Part shown: positions 31,740-38,381 of the stretch, one piece after another
How positions within the stretch are numbered: position 1 is the stretch's first letter
Layout: every line of letters begins with the position of its first letter
Source of the DNA: Perkinsus chesapeaki ATCC PRA-425
Taxonomy: Eukaryota; Protista; Perkinsozoa
NCBI GenBank assembly: GCA_013115145.1
Contig: JAAPAO010000336.1
Coordinates: 1-38,381 of the forward strand
Direction of reading: 5' to 3'
DNA length: 38,381 bases
Made by a program: the position numbers and the translations under genes
The notes under the pieces: generated by a model
Databases searched by the model: none
The model's input: the letters and a program-made list of their open reading frames with translations, nothing else
What the model was told of the DNA's origin: nothing

Positions 31740-31930
31740 CTAGGGGTGTGCTGCGTAGATTTTGCAAGATTTTATTCTTCCTCCCTACTGACCAGGAGTT
31801 TGGCTCTGAAGTTCCTAACAAAAACATGAATTTTGCGTGCATTTTCAAGCTGTGGTTTCTAAGAATGTGTCGCACCGATTTTGCACAAATTCTTCAATTA
31901 CTCACTACTGACAAGGAGTTTGGCTCTGAA
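31740..31930. repeat. Two diverged ~70-nt copies at a period of about 120 nt
   Basis: The core CTACTGAC(C/A)AGGAGTTTGGCTCTGAA at 31785-31810 and 31905-31930 is 25/26 identical. The upstream GATTTTGCA block is also shared. Confidence 0.85.
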
Positions 31931-32324
31931 ACTTGGAGGATATACTTATTTTGACTAGGGAACATATCCTTGAGGTACTCGTTGATGAGTAGACCTTAGT
32001 TGTTCTTAAAGCCTTGAAAAACACAAGTTGATAAGAATTTGACGCGCGGTATATTCATTTTATTTACACAGTTTTTTCTGCAGAGGAATGTGACTTCACT
32101 GCCCTTTGCTGTCGAAAGGATCTAGGGACAGCATCACAACGTATATCATACTAATATACTGTATTATCAATATATATGATAAGTAGATCCTCCTAAGTTA
32201 ATCAGTAGATAGTGATTAACTATATAAGATAGAATATCATCACCAACTATTGGTAGTACCATCGTATGTAGTCTAGTAGAAATATTCTTATGGCCTTCAC
32301 CGCTCCACTGTCATCGATGCCATC

Positions 32325-32712
32325 AGGTTTGTACAGTACGCCTATACCAGCTACATGCTGTGCTTCGTAGTGGCCTTAATTGTGCATTTATTGGTAAGTT
32401 ATTGTGATGAATCTCGGGGAGTCGTGAAGGAACGCGAATTTATTTGATAATCGATCTTCTTTCCCTGGCTTGACTGCCATCACGAGCTGCATTAGAAGCA
32501 CTTTGCCCTCCATGGAGCTTGGTGAGCCTGCCTGGTCACTTCTGCGAATTTCCAGATTGCCGTTGTACTGTTCCGAGCTCCCAAGATCCTTCTCGGCTAC
32601 GTGATTTGTGTCTGTGCGTCGTACGCCTTCGTTACGGCCACCGCTGGGGGCTTCGACGTTCTGGAGCTGGATGTGTGGCCGAGGAAACGCAACGTGGTTC
32701 TTCCTTCTGGTA
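32325..32712 (+). CDS. Exons of a multi-pass membrane protein of unknown family (partial)
   Basis: Hydrophobic exons with canonical donors: FVQYAYTSYMLCFVVALIVHLL | ...PGLTAITSCIRSTLPSMEL | IAVVLFRAPKILLGYVICVCASYAFVTATAGGFDVLELD. Phases were not fully reconciled. Confidence 0.4.
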
Positions 32713-33075
32713 GGTATTTTCAGGCACACCTGTTAAAAGACGGTTTTTCTATCAGATGGTCCACTTTCATACGGCAACTTCAGTATCTCGCCTGTCGTCG
32801 GCAGCGACGAGTTCGGCGCTTGTGGCGGAGGATATGAGCCTACCAGCACGCTTTGGGGAAGCGCCAATGGCAAGAAGATCACAAGCCCGCTCTCAATATT
32901 TGCTGTCCAAGGTGGGCACCACCGTCTCCCTCGCTCCGTCGTGATGACCCTCAGGCTCGTCCACTAGCCGCACAGAGCAGGCTATCGTCAGCCCGAGGAT
33001 CGGTGCAGCTTCCGCATTCCGTCGGCGAAGGAGCCGTCATTTCTAATAGCTGAGCTGTTGAGTTTGTCAATACCC

Positions 33076-34383
33076 ATGGGGCAATTGAAGCGCAGTTTTG
33101 TCTGTCTGAATATGGGTTATCGCCCTAAGAAAAATCAGGGCGAGAAGCGCTCGAACAGGGTGAGCCAGCTGCATTCCAGCGGCGCAGTGCTGATGGTTGT
33201 TACCTTAGGCGGCGAGGTTGAAGTTTGCTGGGGTCCAGAAAGCAGATGCTGTGACTTTGCTGGCGGCAATGAAGAAGAATAAGAAGGGCAAGGATGTGAG
33301 CTTGGAGGAGAGTTGATGCATCTTTTGGTTTTAATAAAACCAAAACATAAAACCGTTTTACGTTTGCACTAGAGACCCTTCCCAGAATTTCGCACAAATT
33401 AGCTTTGGAAATTTGGTGGAACTGATCACTATGTGACACTAAGTGGCAAGTATATTTTGCAGGTCCCCGCCGCTGGAAGCGACTGGGACACAGACAGTAT
33501 TGTGGAAGATGTTGCCAAAGCGTCGAAGCACGATGTGAGCGACGGGCAGGCTGAGGGAACTACAGTCTCGGAGACCATCGGCGAGGAGGAGCTCGTTTAC
33601 GTGTCCGATGGCTTAGATGATGTTGTTCATGGCAGCGCGGTCGAGAGTGTGCATAACAGTGTTGACGAAGGGCGCGAACGGAGCGGGAAAGTACGCTACA
33701 CGCCGGGGATGTTCAAAGCTAGCACCTACGCGATGTCCGATATGTCGATGACGACCTTGAGTGGAAGGACGGAAGATCATTCGACAGAATGGAACCACCC
33801 GGAAGAAGAGGAATCACCGGGCAACCACAGCTGGCTGGCAAGCACCACTTCATCAATGACCGGCTCGCGAGCGTTGAGCCAATCGATCGATGGTGTGAAC
33901 GCAAGTTCGAATTTCACATCGAGCTCGCATGGGTCCGCAGCTTCGGCGACTGTGGGAAGAAGCTTCGATAATGAATCTGGGGTTGGGTCTGATGCATGTG
34001 ATGGTGGGCTTTTGGCTGACGAGACGGCCGGGGTTGAGAGCGAGGACGAGTCGGCTGTGTTGGAGTCGGCTGTGCATTCAAGTGAGAGTCAGAAATGCTC
34101 TAAAGTGGTATCCTCGAGTTGTCCTCGAGAGACTGTACGGCTTCACGAAGAAGATGACAGCCTTGCCTGCAGCGAGATCAGTCATTCGGAGGACGAGAAG
34201 CAGCTGACGGGAAGTGCCCGCCAAATTGATGTGGAAGGCATCCAGTCTGACCGACTCGGCGACTGCTCACGTGATGATGTTGATGATGTCGACATTCGCA
34301 CTAGTCGAGATCCTGCTGGAGCATCCTGCAATAGAGCACATGCTTCTGAGGTACGTCGGTTGCGCCAACTACACCAAAGGTGA
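33076..34383 (+). CDS. Three-exon hypothetical protein with a basic N-terminus and a long Ser/Asp/Glu-rich disordered region
   Basis: MGQLK...MGYRPKKNQGEKRSNR | AARLKFAGVQKADAVTLLAAMKKNKKGKD | VPAAGSDWD... has two phase-0 GTGAG...AG introns and is open to TGA at 34381-34383. Confidence 0.75.
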
Positions 34384-34575
34384 TTTCAGGTCGTGGAAGT
34401 GGAGGCAAAGGAGGAGTGTGAAATGATGGATAGAAGTAAGGGCTTCGGTCATCAACGGCTTGTTTCCTATGGCAACCTTAAGCAATCGAAATAGACCATG
34501 ATACACGTGGCGTCTCCTACACACCGCTGGGGGTCGTAAAGTTAACGACGTAAACTTTCATCAATTCCTCGCCAA

Positions 34576-34581
34576 TAAAAA
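34576..34581 (-). terminator. Candidate RNA polymerase III terminator (T6) for tRNA-Ser
   Basis: T run on the minus strand about 65 nt downstream of the tRNA 3' end; coordinates approximate. Confidence 0.35.
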
Positions 34582-34646
34582 AGCATTCTTGACTGATGCG
34601 GGCTCATCTGTATTCTGTGAATTTACTTATGATCTACTATAATGTT

Positions 34647-34728
34647 CGACAGCGGCAGGATTCGAACCTGCGCGGGCAGAGCCCAGTGGATTTCTAGTCC
34701 ACCTCCTTAACCACTCGGACACGCTGTC
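34647..34728 (-). tRNA. tRNA-Ser, anticodon AGA, 82 nt, long variable arm, no intron
   Basis: GACAGCG TG TCCGAGTGGTTAAGGA G GTGGA CTAGAAA TCCAC TGGGCTCTGCCCGC GCAGG TTCGAAT CCTGC CGCTGTC G forms a complete cloverleaf with all stems paired. Confidence 0.97.
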
Positions 34729-36360
34729 CACGTCATGCTGAAAACTGTTTCTACTCTGTGGAGACTGCCCCCTCAAAGATACTATCCAGCAGAAGGGAAC
34801 TCTCAATCCACTGACTGCTTCCATATGCCATACACAACCGGACTGCTAAAGTCTGAGCAGGTCTTTATGAGGCGCATCGCATGCTCTTTTTTGAAGTATA
34901 AGAAGTGGAAATGTGATGGTCAATCCTAATGAATAAATTAAATTAATTTTAATAACCTGAATCGCAATATGGAGCTCGTTATACTACTTCCGCATTTCTC
35001 AGCTCCACTCCCGAGAAGATTGGATCTGGAGGAGCCCCGGTACTATTCCTGTTCGACGCAAACAGAACCTCAAAAGAAAGGTACTCCCGCACTTTGGCAC
35101 TTACAGTGTATTACATCGGTCATCTTCAGCAAAGAAAAGAAGACTTGTTGCCAGACAGAGTCCTAAGATGCCAGTCAAGGTAAGTGCGGTTGACGCCTTA
35201 CGCGTTTGTTATGGTGCTGCCTAAATGGGCCTACAGATTTGCTCATCTTCTCACATGAGTCAAGAAATAACGCGTTTCCGCTTGAAAGGAAGCGAAGGGC
35301 AATCTAATGGCAAAGCATGATTCTTTAGCCCTTCCTCACTATTAACCTCAATGTGCCTTCAGATTCAAAGGCCAGTGCATGCGCCCTTGTCGGCTGAGGG
35401 TGGTGGTCACCTTAGCCCACCTCTCACTTCGCGGCGTCCTGCCTGGGGCGCAGGGAAGCCTCGAGAAGTGCCTGGTAAGGTCTGTTGGAAATTGGGATAC
35501 CGGAGCCCATATTGAGAGACATATTCGTTCGGCTTTGCCGCTCGAGACTTGGAATTTGGTGGGGGAAAGGAGAAGACTTGATTCAGAAATGCGTTTCCCT
35601 CACTGAAAAAAAACTTTACGAATAGACTATAGAGAACATATATCTGGAAGGTCATCGATTAAGCCGCCATAGTTGTTCATAAATCCTAGAAGAAGTCGAC
35701 TGGCTGCGAATACGTTGCGCAGTGTGTATAACAATGTCCCTCAGAGAGCTCATTCCACATTCCATCACATCATCACCCCAATAAACAACATCATGACCCG
35801 CACCGATGGGCTCGGTTAGCAGCAGGCTACTGTGCGGAGGGGCCACAAACTCATTATACGCATCACCACGACGCTGGAGGGGAGAACCCTCTTCACCATC
35901 TTTACCACGAACCGAGTCGGAAAGAAGTGTCTTCCGCCACTAAAGCGAAGAAGGGGAAGTTCTCGCCACCTCCGCGAAGGGCAATGCAGGAGGAGAGACT
36001 TGAGGTACAGAGAACAATTGCTGCTCGGGCGTGCACAGTGTGACGGAGATCTAGGAGTTATCTAGCCTTACAGAGATGTGCTCCTCAGAAATCTTTGTGT
36101 GTTCCTTATGCGGCAGAGATATAATGGGATTCAGCGGAAATAGCAAATATGTTTTTAGGGGAAAAACAGCATACGATGAATTTGTCCCGAGAGTGTTTGG
36201 TGTGTCTCGGTGAGGCTATATTTGCATGTTTATATTAGGTTATACATGCTCATATGCTATATCTTTATTTGTTGTACTCTGCCTTTATATTTATTTGCTA
36301 TGTTCGGTGATGATGAAATGGTATCTTTTACCCGCAAGACAATTCTCTACTTGTCTTCAG

Positions 36361-37450
36361 CCTATGCGAGAAGTCCCTATGGTTTTAACAGAAGATCCCG
36401 TGTTGGTCGAGATGCCAGCAATCCCTACCGAGCTTCGAAGGCAGAAGACAACAGTCGCTCTAGTGGTCGTCGATGCCGAAGCAAGAACGTTTGCGTCTGT
36501 TGGTGAGATAGGCGAAGGTGAGGCATCGGAAGTTGTGCCTTATCTCACTTATTGCATTCAGGGTTTATTCTCAACGACTCATACACTTACGTTGGCAAAT
36601 GCAACAGTGCTCTCTGCGATGGCCAAGGTGATCCGCATTGCAGCTTGCCCTGTATGATTCTCTTCGACCTTTCAGTAGATCTTGACCAGTTGCTTCCTCG
36701 ACGTCCGGGGTCAGTCATGAGAGCGAGATCTGAGCTCCCCAGGAAGATGAACAACGTGGGTCCTGGGATGAACCCGCGTTGGATTCTATTTTTTGGAATC
36801 TGCGTCCCCTGTTCAAATGTTATTCCGTCCTCTGTTCAAATGTTATTCCGTCCCCTGTTCAAATTTATCGTTGCTGCTCATTTGATAGATTTTGTTTCCG
36901 TATTTTATATTGGTTCCATTACCCGGTAACTAATGATTGTGTCGCTCAGGTTGCGGAGGGCAGCATTCCGGAAGCCCAGTTCAATTACGATAATAGACAA
37001 GGGCGGCCTATATCGGCGAGTCCGGTGAGGCAGATGGTCGCTCAATTTACTGGGCAACCGATACTGTTGCCTCATCATGTGTTAGAGGTCTCCCAACTAC
37101 TTAGTGTTTTCAAGGTAAACGTTCGCATCTCCAGCGTGCAGACCAGAAACGTTGAAACTCTCGACGAGCTCCCAGAAAGAGAATCTGTCGGAGGAAAGGT
37201 AGGTAAATCGATTAGATCCTTCTCGGTAGGAACCCGAATACTGAGCTGCGATGGGCCCTCCAGTGTGTTCGCTCCCGCAACCACCGACGCTGTTGCCTTG
37301 TTTCAGAAGTATCGCTTGGCCTCTTCGAATGCTCGAGAGCATCACTCTACAATAACATACAGCACGCCAAGCCTAGGTGACGCCAGGAAGGTGAGATGTT
37401 CTGTCACCCATCTCCGTGTGATAACTTGGTCATTTCTCAGTCCTCAAATG
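36361..37450 (+). CDS. Multi-exon hypothetical protein (partial model)
   Basis: AG-bounded exons include PMREVPMVLTEDPVLVEMPAIPTELRRQKTTVALVVVDAE..., GLFSTTHTLTLANATVLSAMAK, and a long exon VAEGSIPEAQFNYDNRQG...GDARK. No family is recognised. Confidence 0.45.
36803..36864. repeat. 23-nt minisatellite, about 2.7 copies, intronic
   Basis: CGTCC(C/T)CTGTTCAAATGTTATTC starts at 36803, 36826 and 36849. Confidence 0.95.
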
Positions 37451-38381
37451 TGCCAAGGAAGACGCCTTCGAGCTATCCTAAAGTGGACAGCGACCGCGGT
37501 GTAGACTTCACTCGTACGACTTATCGTACACCATTTCGTCCATGAAACAACCTAAGATACCTTCTGGTCTTTCGAGGCCTGCTCAAAGGTCACCTTACCA
37601 ACTACAGCATGCTATAGTGTTACCCTTTATTGCTGCTGTTTGAGACTTTGCTGCTGTTAATAGCTACCCACTTTGCGTTTATTACTTTCCGGAGGGCCCT
37701 AGTGGTGGGCTTAGGCCTACGCGTTGCCGCTGGGACTTTGAAAGTCGGTCGCGCTTCCGAGTGACATCCGCGCTTCGCCCGGATTTTTGTTTTGCACGCA
37801 TGCCCATATCTATTCGCACTGCTAAAATTTGTATATGTACGAGCTCACGTGGTTGTTGATAGGGGCCTCATGCGAAATGCTCTCTGATGTTTGGATTACC
37901 TCACTGCATTGCAAATCGTAGTGCCCTTCTTGACAAATGTGTATCGTTATTTTCTCTCCCCACGTATATGAATTCTTATAGGGACGCTATTAGTACAGAT
38001 TATTGTCCTTCATCTAGTCTGTATAGGAAGATTTATCATTTTCATATGAAATGTCACACTCTTTACTATGCATTCTTACATAGTGTCTTTTCATATTGGT
38101 TCTTCAATCGTTTGCATTTACCCATTTACCTTCGAAGAAATCGCACCCGTTATTAATTTTATTATCGCATTACTCATGTTGTTGTTACATTACAGAACGG
38201 TTTATTGCCCCTCCCTTTCGCAGGCTGATCAATTCTATCCAACCATGGCCAGACAGCAGTACCATCATAACAACTCGGAATCGCCCTACAGCCGCCCTTC
38301 CTGCTACTCACGGCTGGCCGTAAGTGGGGCTGACATGGGATCAAATGCGAATAAAATTTTCCTTCGGATATCTCATCTTTA

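Noticed and set aside
31785-36864. CRISPR array (26-nt and 23-nt repeats)
   Set aside because: There are only two copies or spacer-less tandem units, no cas genes, and the context is eukaryotic.
1-38381. Most 60-120 aa ORFs in the supplied track as independent genes
   Set aside because: They are shadow frames of real exons, intron read-throughs with non-ATG starts, or low-complexity repeat translations.

Overview
Gene-dense eukaryotic protist DNA with very short GT-AG introns (about 40-75 nt) and the standard genetic code. The style and the protein families suggest a Perkinsus-like alveolate; this is an inference and no database was searched. Apparently intact features are an 11-exon CAMK-type protein kinase (16304-19299), an intronless secreted beta-strand-rich protein (5427/5532-7187), an intronless 238-aa ORF (28011-28727), a 3-exon acidic Ser-rich protein, a tRNA-Ser(AGA), and a DIRS/Ngaro-type tyrosine recombinase ORF at the left edge. 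Much of the rest is a graveyard of multi-exon genes that keep canonical splice sites but carry in-frame TGA/TAG/TAA codons: isocitrate lyase, EF-hand/coiled-coil, WD40, and an O-fucosyltransferase-like fragment, plus a fragmentary acyltransferase. Non-coding structure includes a ~950-bp hAT-like non-autonomous element that truncates the isocitrate lyase, a Tc1/mariner-like MITE, a 19-bp perfect hairpin, several nested palindromes with a single central base, an antisense tRNA 3' half and a G-quadruplex inside kinase introns, and short tandem duplications. Coordinates of degraded genes are approximate.
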